A DNA stretch of 64,000 nucleotides, from the NCBI GenBank assembly GCA_900317475.1, contig ONGY01000001.1, positions 52,759-116,758 on the forward strand, in the 5' to 3' direction. The position numbers and the translations under genes were made by a program. The stretch comes from an uncultured Lachnospiraceae bacterium (lineage in GTDB: Bacteria; Bacillota; Clostridia; Lachnospirales; Lachnospiraceae). Each line of letters starts with the position of its first letter. Positions within the stretch are counted from its first letter, which is position 1. The notes under the pieces were generated by a model. The model had not been told where the DNA came from. It ran no database searches and saw only the letters and a program-made list of their open reading frames with translations. Of this stretch, positions 30,178 through 39,385 are shown in pieces.

Positions 30178-30675
30178 ATGAAAGCGGCTATTTATCCCGG
30201 AAGTTTTGACCCGGTCACGTACGGACATATTGATATCATCAGGAGAGCATCGGAAATGTTCGATGTCCTCCATGTCGCGGTGCTCGACAACAAGGCCAAG
30301 ACTCCGTTGTTTTCGGTAGATGAACGTGTTAAAATGCTCAAAGATGTGACCTGTGACATGCCAAATATCGTGGTTGAATCGTTCTCCGGTCTGCTCGTTG
30401 ACTATGCGAAGAAGAACGATATTCATGTATCGGTGCGGGGTCTCCGTGCAGTCACGGATTTTGAATATGAACTTCAGATCGCCCAGATGAACCGACTCCT
30501 TTCCAAGGGATCTCTTGATACCATTTTCCTTACCACCAGTCTTGAATATGCATATCTCAGCTCGTCCGGTGTGAGGGAAATTGCCAGTTTCGGCGGCGAT
30601 TTTTCAATGTGCGTGCCGCCTGAAGTCGAGGAAATGGTCAAAAAGAAGTATGAATCGGTCCGTAAGGCGGATTAA
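30178..30675 (+). CDS. coaD: Phosphopantetheine adenylyltransferase
   Basis: [39 protein letters not shown]. Confidence 0.98.
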   Translation: MKAAIYPGSFDPVTYGHIDIIRRASEMFDVLHVAVLDNKAKTPLFSVDERVKMLKDVTCDMPNIVVESFSGLLVDYAKKNDIHVSVRGLRAVTDFEYELQIAQMNRLLSKGSLDTIFLTTSLEYAYLSSSGVREIASFGGDFSMCVPPEVEEMVKKKYESVRKAD

Positions 30676-30689
30676 AGCAAGAGGATAGT

Positions 30690-31397
30690 ATGGCAAGCAG
30701 AATTGAACAGCAGATAGATGAGATCACTCAGTATATTGACAGCTGCAAGTATGCAGCTTTTTCTTCGGACAAGATTCTGGTTGACAGGGACAAGCTTCTG
30801 GATATGTTAAGCGACCTTCGCGGAAACATGCCGGAGGAAATGGCGCGCTACCGCAAGGTCGTGAATGAGCGCCGGCAGATCCTGGATGATGCCAGGGCAA
30901 AGGCACAGGCCCTGATCGATGAGACGACCGCCAAAACCAATCAGCTCGTCAATGATCAGGAAATCATGCAGCAGGCTTATGCCCAGGCAAATGAAGTCGT
31001 TGCGATGTCCTCGCAGCGGGCACAGCAGATCGAAGATGATGCGGTGGCGGATGCGAACAACTATCGGCTTGCCGCAGTTCAATATATGGAGCAGATGCTT
31101 GCAAAGATGGAGGAGTTTTCGCGGAGAGCGGCGCAGGAGACAGATGCAGCCTACAGCCGATATGCCGATGAGCTCCGAAGAACCATCAAAACCATAAGCA
31201 GCAACCGCGCTGAGCTCCAGAGGAGTGAGGCACGGCAGACGGCAGCCGCTTCAGCGGGAAACGGAGTTGCCGGCGCTGCGACTGCAGATATCCAAAGCCA
31301 GGAAAGCGGCGTGCCGGAGTCGGGGACAGGTACTATCCGGGATTCTTCAGGCCAGGGTACGGATGATCTTGCACTCGACGGCGCGGGAAGCCGCTGA
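30690..31397 (+). CDS. Coiled-coil protein, SepIVA/DivIVA-like
   Basis: IDEI..YID....FSSDKILVDRD.LL..L.DLR..MPEE followed by long coiled coil; located directly after coaD. Confidence 0.6.
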   Translation: MASRIEQQIDEITQYIDSCKYAAFSSDKILVDRDKLLDMLSDLRGNMPEEMARYRKVVNERRQILDDARAKAQALIDETTAKTNQLVNDQEIMQQAYAQANEVVAMSSQRAQQIEDDAVADANNYRLAAVQYMEQMLAKMEEFSRRAAQETDAAYSRYADELRRTIKTISSNRAELQRSEARQTAAASAGNGVAGAATADIQSQESGVPESGTGTIRDSSGQGTDDLALDGAGSR

Positions 31398-31481
31398 TTC
31401 AGAACCTACAGGGGCCAGGGTTTCGGGATGAATCCTGATGCCCCTTTTATTTTACAGAGGACGTTTGCAGTCAAGAGGACA

Positions 31482-32051
31482 ATGATGAAAAAGAAAAAAG
31501 GCACCTACGGATATTATCGGAATAACAGAATCGTCATGACAGTCCTCAGCGCAGCACTCCTTGGCGGCGATCTTGTCATGTTCTTTGTCTCCAAAAATTA
31601 TTTCGGAACGACGAAGAATCTTTTTACCATTTTCGCGGTGCTCGTGTGTCTGCCGATTGCAATGGCCATCGTGAATGCATTCATGAATTTCCGTGCCCGC
31701 GGCTGCAGTGAGGAGGCACACAGGAAGATTTCGGAGCATGAGGGGAAGCTCTCCTGTCTTTATGATCTTTACCTCACAAGCTACCGCGAAAACTATGCTC
31801 TTTCGCATATGGCAGTGTACGCAACGACCTTTGTGGCTTATACGGAAGACCCCAAATGCCTTACAAAGAACGGAGAGGCTCATATCCGGACAATGATGGC
31901 AAACAACGGACATAAGGGAATCGATGTCAAAATCTTTACGGACATCAATAAGTACGTAAACCGTCTTGATGCAATGAACCGGCAGCTTGATGAAGGCGGA
32001 GCAAAGGATGAGACAGAGATTCTGGAGCTCATGAAGCAGATCGCACTGTGA
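31482..32051 (+). CDS. Hypothetical membrane protein (2 TM plus soluble domain)
   Basis: Coding-like ORF with RBS AGAGGA, two hydrophobic segments, operonic spacing. Confidence 0.65.
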   Translation: MMKKKKGTYGYYRNNRIVMTVLSAALLGGDLVMFFVSKNYFGTTKNLFTIFAVLVCLPIAMAIVNAFMNFRARGCSEEAHRKISEHEGKLSCLYDLYLTSYRENYALSHMAVYATTFVAYTEDPKCLTKNGEAHIRTMMANNGHKGIDVKIFTDINKYVNRLDAMNRQLDEGGAKDETEILELMKQIAL

Positions 32052-32055
32052 GACG

Positions 32056-33207
32056 ATGAGAGAATATACGGTAGAAGCGAAGGACGCCGGGCAGCGGCTG
32101 AACAAGTATCTTCACCGGATTCTTCCGGCGATGCCTGTATCGTTGGGGTACAGGATGCTCCGAAAGAAAAATATCACCCTGAATGGGAAGAAGGCGGACG
32201 GCTCCGAATCTGTGAAGGAAGGAGACAAGGTCCGGGTCTTTTTCTCTGACGAGACGTTTGCTAAGTTCGAGGGGGTTCCGGTTCCGGAGGGCACGGCAGA
32301 GGACTACATGAGAGCCTTCCGGGAAATAGAAGCGCTCTATGGCAGGAAAGTCTGCACACTGCCGTCCGGTTTCCGGGAATCTGCAGAAAACGGACGGCTA
32401 AAGGGCTCCGGCAGGGACCGGAAGACGGACGCAGCCGCCGGAACGTCCATCATGCCCGATCCTGTGCTTTACGAGGACAGGGATATTCTTATTGCCAATA
32501 AACTCCCGGGAATTCTTTCGCAGAAGGCGTCCCCGGGCGATGTCTCCATGAACGAATGGCTCGTCGGCCGCTGTCTTTTCAGGAGAGAGATCACGGAAGA
32601 GAGCCTCCGCTCCTACAGGCCGTCGGTTTGCAGCAGACTTGACCGAAACACGGAGGGCATTCTTATCTGCGCCAAAACGCTCCGCGGAAGCCGGGCGATG
32701 ACGAAGGTTCTCCGGGAGCGGACTCTCCATAAATATTATCGGATGGCGGTGAAAGGAACAGGCCTTGGAAGCGGTATGATCGAGGCTTACCTTTCAAAGG
32801 ATGAGAAGACGAACACCGTGCACCTTGACTCTGCGCCTTCAGATGGCGCTTCTCTCACCCGGACCGGATATAGGACTATTCTTGAAGGACCGGAGCTTTC
32901 CCTCATCGAGGCCGAACTCATCACCGGCAAAACGCATCAGCTCCGTGCCCATTTCGCATGGCTCGGGCATCCGATCGCGGGTGACCCCAAATACGGAGAC
33001 CCGGAGCTCAACCGTATTGCCGCATCGCGTTTTGACGTCCGCAGACAGCTGCTCATTGCCTGCAGAATTGTCTTTCCGGAAATGAGAGACGAACTCCCGG
33101 AACTTTCCGGACGTGAGTTTGAGATCCCTCTGCCGCCGGTTTATGAGAAAATAGTCCGGGAATACCGCGGCCGGAGAAAAGAAAGAGGAGAAAGAACGGT
33201 AAGGTAG
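32056..33207 (+). CDS. RluA family pseudouridine synthase with S4 domain
   Basis: GQRLNKYL...RKKNITLNGKK (S4), NKLPGILSQ, SRLDRNTEG (catalytic D), TGKTHQLRAH, GDPKYG. Confidence 0.92.
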   Translation: MREYTVEAKDAGQRLNKYLHRILPAMPVSLGYRMLRKKNITLNGKKADGSESVKEGDKVRVFFSDETFAKFEGVPVPEGTAEDYMRAFREIEALYGRKVCTLPSGFRESAENGRLKGSGRDRKTDAAAGTSIMPDPVLYEDRDILIANKLPGILSQKASPGDVSMNEWLVGRCLFRREITEESLRSYRPSVCSRLDRNTEGILICAKTLRGSRAMTKVLRERTLHKYYRMAVKGTGLGSGMIEAYLSKDEKTNTVHLDSAPSDGASLTRTGYRTILEGPELSLIEAELITGKTHQLRAHFAWLGHPIAGDPKYGDPELNRIAASRFDVRRQLLIACRIVFPEMRDELPELSGREFEIPLPPVYEKIVREYRGRRKERGERTVR

Positions 33208-33211
33208 ATTC

Positions 33212-33757
33212 ATGCCGACCTGGAATTCACGCGGACTCCGCGGCTCCATGCTTGAGGAGCTGATCAACAGAACAAATGAGAAATACAGGGAAGAGCATCT
33301 GGCTCTCATTCAGAAGATTCCGACGCCGATCACACCGATCCGGATCGATAAAGAGAGCAGTCAGATCACGCTGGCGTATTTTGACCAGAAAAGTACGGTC
33401 GATTATATCGGCGCCGTACAGGGGATCCCGGTGTGTTTTGACGCGAAGGAATCAAAGACGGACACGTTCTCACTGCAGAATATTCATCCGCATCAGGTTG
33501 CCTTCATGGAGGAGTTCGAGCAGCAGGAGGGTATCGCGTTTTTTATCATAAGCTACACGGAAAGGGATATGCTTTACTATCTTCCGTACCGCTATTTCCG
33601 CCCGTTCTGGGACCGGGCACTGGCCGGAGGACGCAAAAGTTTCCGAATGGATGAACTGGATATGACATGGGTGCTTCCGAGAAAATCCGGCGTGCTTGTG
33701 CCGTATCTTGAAATGATCAATAAAGATTTATTGGAAAGAAACGAAGAAAAGAGGTAA
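33212..33757 (+). CDS. recU: Holliday junction resolvase RecU
   Basis: RGLRGSMLEELINRTN, IQKIPTPI, KSTVDYIG, FDAKE, HQVAFM. Confidence 0.95.
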   Translation: MPTWNSRGLRGSMLEELINRTNEKYREEHLALIQKIPTPITPIRIDKESSQITLAYFDQKSTVDYIGAVQGIPVCFDAKESKTDTFSLQNIHPHQVAFMEEFEQQEGIAFFIISYTERDMLYYLPYRYFRPFWDRALAGGRKSFRMDELDMTWVLPRKSGVLVPYLEMINKDLLERNEEKR

Positions 33758-33762
33758 ATGGT

Positions 33763-35340
33763 ATGCCCGAATGGTTAAAGAATGCTGTATTTTATGAAAT
33801 TTATCCGCAGTCTTTCAAAGACTCAAATGGGGACGGGATCGGTGATTTTAACGGAATCACGATGGAGCTCGACTATATAAAGAGCCTCGGGTGCAATGCA
33901 CTGTGGATCAATCCCTGTTTCGACTCCCCGTTCCATGATGCCGGATATGATGTCCGTGACTATAAGAAGGCGGCTCCGCGCTATGGAACGAACGAGGACC
34001 TTTACCATCTTTTTGAAGAGGCCCACAGAAGAGGAATTCATGTGCTTCTTGATCTCGTCCCCGGACACACCTCGGAGGAACACGAGTGGTTCAAAGAAAG
34101 CGGAAAGGCAGAGAAAAATGAATATTCAGGCCGGTATATCTGGACGGACTTCTGGATCCGCGGAACGAAGAATCACCCGTACATCGCAGGTGAGTGCGAG
34201 CGCGGCGGCGCTTATATGCTGAATTTCTTCAAATGTCAGCCGGCTCTGAATTACGGCTTCCTGCATCCGGAAGAAGACTGGCAGATGCCGATCGATGCCC
34301 CGGACTGCATGGCGACGAGAGATGCGATGGTCGATGTGTGCAAGTTCTGGCTCGGACACGGCGCGGACGGTTTCCGTGTGGACATGGCGGGTTCACTGTG
34401 CAAGGACGATGATGAAAAGCAGACGGGAACGTGCGCGATCTGGAAATATATCCTCGGGAAGGTCCGCGAAGATTATCCGGAATCTGCCTTCGTTTCGGAA
34501 TGGAATAATCCGATGATTTCTCTGAACGGCGCAGGCTTTGATATGGACTTTTATCTCGATTTTCCCGGCAACGGCTATAATTCGCTCGCAAGAGACTATG
34601 AAAATCATAATGCCGGATCGGGAGAAGACAGAAGTTTCTTCCGCGCCGGAGAGGGCGGAGATATCCTGCGGTTCCTTGAGGATTATCTTCCGAAATACGA
34701 GGCCACGAAAGAGCAGGGGTATTTCTGCTTCCTCACCTGCAACCATGATACGCCGCGCGTCTCTGCAACGCTCACGCCCCGGGAAGAAAAAATCTATAAC
34801 GCGATGATTCTCACCATGCCGGGTGTTCCGTTTGTGTATTACGGCGATGAAATCGGCATGCGGTACATCAAGGATCTTCCGACGAAGGAAGGCGGTTATA
34901 TACGAACGGGCACCCGTACGCCGATGCAGTGGAATCACTCAAATAACCTTGGCTTTTCAGACGGGAAAGCAGAGGATCTGTATCTTCATCTGGACCCTGC
35001 ATCCGACGCGCCGACTGCGGAGGATGCACTTAACGATCCGGACTCGCTCCTTTGCTCAGTGAAGACGCTGAACGCGCTTCGCGGAGAAAACAGAGACCTT
35101 CAGGCGGATGGGCCGTTCGAGACCGTCTATGCGGCAAAAGAGAAAACACCGTTCGTATACCGCAGAGGCCGGTTTGTGATTTCGGTCAATCCGGAGAAAA
35201 AGGAAGAAAAGGTTGATCTCACGGGACGGCTGGCGGATGCCCGAAAGCTTACAAAGATCTATGAAATCGGCTCCTCGGACTGTGCGGAGGGAATCCTCAC
35301 GGCCGGCCCGCAGTCCTTTGTCATTTTCCGGATCGGCTGA
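33763..35340 (+). CDS. GH13 alpha-amylase family glycoside hydrolase
   Basis: YEIYPQSFKDSNGDGIGD, catalytic GFRVDMA (D), VSEW (E), NHD (D), YYGDEIGM. Confidence 0.92.
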   Translation: MPEWLKNAVFYEIYPQSFKDSNGDGIGDFNGITMELDYIKSLGCNALWINPCFDSPFHDAGYDVRDYKKAAPRYGTNEDLYHLFEEAHRRGIHVLLDLVPGHTSEEHEWFKESGKAEKNEYSGRYIWTDFWIRGTKNHPYIAGECERGGAYMLNFFKCQPALNYGFLHPEEDWQMPIDAPDCMATRDAMVDVCKFWLGHGADGFRVDMAGSLCKDDDEKQTGTCAIWKYILGKVREDYPESAFVSEWNNPMISLNGAGFDMDFYLDFPGNGYNSLARDYENHNAGSGEDRSFFRAGEGGDILRFLEDYLPKYEATKEQGYFCFLTCNHDTPRVSATLTPREEKIYNAMILTMPGVPFVYYGDEIGMRYIKDLPTKEGGYIRTGTRTPMQWNHSNNLGFSDGKAEDLYLHLDPASDAPTAEDALNDPDSLLCSVKTLNALRGENRDLQADGPFETVYAAKEKTPFVYRRGRFVISVNPEKKEEKVDLTGRLADARKLTKIYEIGSSDCAEGILTAGPQSFVIFRIG

Positions 35341-35353
35341 CGCAGAACACAGT

Positions 35354-35382
35354 TTGACAAAACCGGATGTTTCCGGTATACT
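35354..35382 (+). promoter_or_regulatory. Sigma-A promoter of the his operon
   Basis: TTGACA, 17 nt, TATACT. Confidence 0.88.
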
Positions 35383-35388
35383 CTCATA

Positions 35389-35432
35389 GACTTTAGTATG
35401 CTATCTAATTAGCACTTCACAGCACTAAAGTA
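35389..35432. promoter_or_regulatory. Putative HisR (TrpR/YerC-like) operator, one strong and one weak site
   Basis: CACTTCACAGCACTAAAGTA (35413-35432) has one mismatch to YACTTTA-N6-TAAAGTR; half-matching GACTTTAGTATGCTATCTAA at 35389-35408; just downstream of the -10. Confidence 0.7.
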
Positions 35433-35519
35433 ACACGGACGGAAATTCTGAATGACTCTGCCGCGGAATGAAATCAAGCTGCACGGCCGTGAAGAGTGCC
35501 GGGAAAACGGAGTTTATAC

Positions 35520-36677
35520 ATGAAGAGTAAAAACAAGGGGCAGGCACTTCTGCACACCCCCGAAGGGGTCCGGGATATATACGGAGCAGAACTTTCAAGA
35601 AGAAAAACAGTCACGGACGGCATCCGTGAAAAAATGCATCTATACGGATACAAAGATATTCGTACTCCGAGCTTTGAATATTTCGATGTATTTTCAAATG
35701 AAATCGGAACAACGCCGTCGAGAGAGCTGTATAAGTTTTTTGACAAGGAAGGAAATACGCTTGCCCTGCGGCCGGATTTCACGCCTTCGGCTGCCCGGTG
35801 TGCTGCAAAGTATTACATGGATGAAAGCGAGCCGATCCGCTTCTGCTACGAGGGAAGCACCTTCGTCAATACGTCGAATCTGCAGGGAAAACTGAAGGAA
35901 CAGGAGCAGATGGGCGTCGAGCTGATCGGAGACGGAAGTGCACGTGCTGATGCGGAAACGATCGCACTGCTGGCAAAGTCCCTGCTTGGCGCAGGGCTGT
36001 CGGAGTTTCAGATCAGTGTTGGCAATGCCGATTATTTCCGCGGAATCTGCGATGCGGCAGGCATTGACAAGGATACGGAGGGCGCGCTTCGGGAGCAGAT
36101 ATCCGGAAAGAATTTCTTCGCGGCGGAAAAGCTCCTGACGGATGCGGATGTATCGCTGGAGGACCGGAACCGTCTCCTTTCCGTGACCGATTTCATCGGG
36201 TCCGGAGAGGCACTCGATGATGCGGAAAAAAAGGCAGACAATGAGCGCTCGATTGAAGCGTTAAAGCGTCTCCGGGAAGTGTACGGTTTCCTCGCGGATT
36301 ACGGAGTGGACCGTTATGTGAGTTTTGACCTTTCGATGCTCAGCAAATACAACTATTACACGGGCATCATCTTTCGCGGATTTACTTACGGCGTGGGTGA
36401 GGTGATTGCATCCGGCGGCCGGTATGACACACTTCTTTCTCATTTCGGCAAAAACTCGCCTGCAGTCGGCTTTATGATTCCGATCGACACGCTGATGGAG
36501 GCGCTCCGTCAGCAGAATATTGTGGTAAAGACCCCGGAGGAGCCGGAGAAAATCTATTATAACGACGCAAATTACGGCAGTCAGCTGAAGAAAGCTGAGG
36601 ACCTCAGGAGACAGGGCAGGGCGGCGGAGCTCATACCGGACAGTCTCATCTCCGCGAAGGAAGGAGGCAGAGTATGA
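35520..36677 (+). CDS. hisZ: ATP phosphoribosyltransferase regulatory subunit
   Basis: HTPEGVRD, LRPDFTPS, QMGVELIG, YYTGIIF, GGRYD; precedes a short HisG. Confidence 0.95.
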   Translation: MKSKNKGQALLHTPEGVRDIYGAELSRRKTVTDGIREKMHLYGYKDIRTPSFEYFDVFSNEIGTTPSRELYKFFDKEGNTLALRPDFTPSAARCAAKYYMDESEPIRFCYEGSTFVNTSNLQGKLKEQEQMGVELIGDGSARADAETIALLAKSLLGAGLSEFQISVGNADYFRGICDAAGIDKDTEGALREQISGKNFFAAEKLLTDADVSLEDRNRLLSVTDFIGSGEALDDAEKKADNERSIEALKRLREVYGFLADYGVDRYVSFDLSMLSKYNYYTGIIFRGFTYGVGEVIASGGRYDTLLSHFGKNSPAVGFMIPIDTLMEALRQQNIVVKTPEEPEKIYYNDANYGSQLKKAEDLRRQGRAAELIPDSLISAKEGGRV

Positions 36678-37342
36678 GCGAAGAACGATATCTTACGGTA
36701 GCTCTTACCAAAGGCCGTCTCGCGGAACGGACACTTGATCTTTTTGAAGAGATCGGGTATCCAATGGAGGAGATGAAGGATAAGAAGAGCCGCAGGCTTA
36801 TTTTCACGGACGAGGAGCACAGGCTCCGTTTTTTCCTCGCCAAAGGACCGGATGTTCCGACATATGTTGAATATGGAGCTGCAGATATCGGTGTCGCGGG
36901 AGAGGACATTATTCTTGAGGAAAAGCGGAGAGTCTACGAGGTTCTCGACCTTGGATTCGGCAGATGCCGCATGTGTGTTGCCGGCCCTGCATCGGCCGGA
37001 GAGCTTTTAAAGCATCACGAGATGATCCGCGTTGCATCCAAGTATCCGAATATTGCACGCGATTATTTTTATAATGAGAAGCAGCAGACCGTAGACATCA
37101 TTAAACTGAACGGCTCGGTCGAGCTCGGTCCGATCGTCGGCCTCTCCGATGTCATCGTCGATATCGTTGAGACGGGAAGCACGCTCCGGGAGAATGGGCT
37201 TGTGATTCTCGAGGAAGTCTGCCCGCTGTCTGCACGCATGATCGTCAATCAGGTAAGCATGCAGATGGAGACGGAGAGGATCCGCAGCCTCATCCTGAAA
37301 CTGCGTGAGCAGGTTCAGAAGGATGCGGCAAGGGAAAAATAA
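36674..37342 (+). CDS. hisG: ATP phosphoribosyltransferase, short form
   Basis: LTVALTKGRL, DVPTYVEYGAADIG, VASKYPN, GSVELGP.VGLSD.IVDIVETGSTL.ENGL. Confidence 0.97.
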   Translation: MSEERYLTVALTKGRLAERTLDLFEEIGYPMEEMKDKKSRRLIFTDEEHRLRFFLAKGPDVPTYVEYGAADIGVAGEDIILEEKRRVYEVLDLGFGRCRMCVAGPASAGELLKHHEMIRVASKYPNIARDYFYNEKQQTVDIIKLNGSVELGPIVGLSDVIVDIVETGSTLRENGLVILEEVCPLSARMIVNQVSMQMETERIRSLILKLREQVQKDAAREK

Positions 37343-37360
37343 TGTGGGAGAGGAAAGGCC

Positions 37361-38659
37361 ATGCGCATAGTAGAACTCACCAGTGAAAATCAGTCGAAGG
37401 CGATGGAGGCACTTTTAAAGCGCAGTCCTGTAAATTATACAGAATACGAGGACACCGTCCGCGGCATCATCGCAGATGTGAGAAAGAACGGGGACGAGGC
37501 AGTTTTTGCGCTTGAAAAGAAGTTCGACAAATGCAGTCTCACCAAGGATACAATCCGGGTGACCAGGGAAGAGATCGAAGAGGCATACAAGGAGCTTGAC
37601 CCTGCGTTTATCGAGGTTATGAAGAAGGCCGCTGCCAATATTCGTTCCTATCATCAGAAGCAGGTTCAGCAGAGCTGGATCACGACGACGGAAGACGGAA
37701 TCATACTCGGGCAGAAGGTGACGCCGATTGCGGTTTCCGGATGCTATGTGCCGGGCGGAAGAGCGGTTTATCCGTCAAGCGTTCTTATGAACGTCATTCC
37801 CGCAAAGACAGCCGGTGTAGGCCGCATTATTCTCTGCACGCCTCCAAATGCGGAAGGCAAAATCCCCGCCGGAACGGCAGTGGCCGCGGATATCGCGGGC
37901 GCAGATGAAATCTACAAGGTCGGAGGCGCACAGGCAATCGCAGCTATGGCGTTCGGCACAGAAAGCATTCCGAAGGTTGACAAGATCACTGGCCCCGGCA
38001 ATATTTTCGTTGCACTTGCCAAGAAGCAGTGCTTCGGGTATACCGGCATCGATTCGGTGGCAGGCCCGTCCGAGATTCTTGTCATCGCCGACGAGACGGC
38101 AAATCCCCGCTATGTCGCCGCGGATCTTCTCTCACAGGCGGAACATGATCCGATGGCAAGCGCTATTCTCCTCACGACAAGCAGGAAGCTGGCAGAGCAG
38201 GTCTCCTCGGAAATCGATGAATTTCTGAAGACACTTTCGAGGGCGGAGATCATCCGGCAGTCCCTTGATAATTACGGTTATCTGTTTGTCGGCGGCACGA
38301 TGGATCAGCTTGTCGATGCGGCGAATGCGATCGCTTCGGAGCACATGGAGATCGTGACGAAGAATCCGTTCGAGGTCATGACGAAGATAAGGAATGCCGG
38401 CGCCATCTTCCTCGGAAGCTACAGCTCTGAGCCTCTTGGCGATTACTATGCAGGCCCGAACCATATCCTTCCGACCAACGGAACGGCCCGGTTCTTCTCT
38501 CCGCTCGGCGTTGACCAGTTCATCAAGAAGAGCAGCATCATTTCCTACTCTAAGGAAGCACTGGAGAAGGTTCACGGGGACATTGAACTTTTTGCAGAGA
38601 ACGAGGGTCTTACCGCACATGCCAATTCCATCGCTGTGCGTTTTGACGGGAAATCATAA
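37361..38659 (+). CDS. hisD: Histidinol dehydrogenase
   Basis: YVPGG.AVYPSSVLMN, VGGAQAIAAMAFG, GPGNIFVA, AGPSE, QAEHD, SEHME, GDYYAGPNHILPT. Confidence 0.98.
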   Translation: MRIVELTSENQSKAMEALLKRSPVNYTEYEDTVRGIIADVRKNGDEAVFALEKKFDKCSLTKDTIRVTREEIEEAYKELDPAFIEVMKKAAANIRSYHQKQVQQSWITTTEDGIILGQKVTPIAVSGCYVPGGRAVYPSSVLMNVIPAKTAGVGRIILCTPPNAEGKIPAGTAVAADIAGADEIYKVGGAQAIAAMAFGTESIPKVDKITGPGNIFVALAKKQCFGYTGIDSVAGPSEILVIADETANPRYVAADLLSQAEHDPMASAILLTTSRKLAEQVSSEIDEFLKTLSRAEIIRQSLDNYGYLFVGGTMDQLVDAANAIASEHMEIVTKNPFEVMTKIRNAGAIFLGSYSSEPLGDYYAGPNHILPTNGTARFFSPLGVDQFIKKSSIISYSKEALEKVHGDIELFAENEGLTAHANSIAVRFDGKS

Positions 38660-38797
38660 TTAAAAAAGGATAACAGGAATGGCGGGCAGACCTCAGATGC
38701 CCGGACATAAAGCGCCCGGCACAGGGCGCCCTGGAAGCAGACGTCCGACATGGGGTGCACGGCATAAATGCAGGGGCAGTGTGCCCTGGAGATAACA

Positions 38798-39385
38798 ATG
38801 AGAACAGCACAGATCACAAGGAAGACGGGGGAGACCGACATAACAATGCGGTTTAACCTGGACGGAAGCGGGAAGGCGGATATTGACACCGGCATCGGCT
38901 TTTTCAATCATATGATGGACGCATTCACGCGGCACGGAATGTTCGACTGCTCGCTGAAGGTGAAGGGCGACCTGAATATCGACGGCCACCACAGCGTGGA
39001 AGATACCGGAATTGTGCTTGGAAAGGCCATTGCGGAGGCAGTCGGAGACAAGAAGGGAATTCGCCGCTACGGATATTTCATTCTTCCGATGGATGAAGTG
39101 CTCGTGCTGTGTGCAGTCGATCTTTGCGGGCGGCCGTATTTTGTGAACGATGCGGAATTCACTGCCCCGATGATCGGTGACTTTGACACACAGCTCATTC
39201 AGGAATTTTTCTATGCTGTTTCCTATTCTGCCGCAATGAACCTGCACTTTAAGGTCATTCGGGGAGGAAACGCACATCATGTCGCGGAGGCGATGTTCAA
39301 GGCCTTTGCGAAGGCACTGGACATGGCGACAGAAATCGACCCCAGAGTAGAAGGGGTACTCAGCACGAAAGGAACGCTGGCATGA
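38798..39385 (+). CDS. hisB: Imidazoleglycerol-phosphate dehydratase
   Basis: [44 protein letters not shown]. Confidence 0.97.
   Translation: MRTAQITRKTGETDITMRFNLDGSGKADIDTGIGFFNHMMDAFTRHGMFDCSLKVKGDLNIDGHHSVEDTGIVLGKAIAEAVGDKKGIRRYGYFILPMDEVLVLCAVDLCGRPYFVNDAEFTAPMIGDFDTQLIQEFFYAVSYSAAMNLHFKVIRGGNAHHVAEAMFKAFAKALDMATEIDPRVEGVLSTKGTLA

Noticed and set aside
35452-35523. 23-codon uORF overlapping the hisZ start as a His attenuator leader
   Set aside because: Only one His codon, weak RBS and no terminator/antiterminator; a HisR-like operator explains the regulation.
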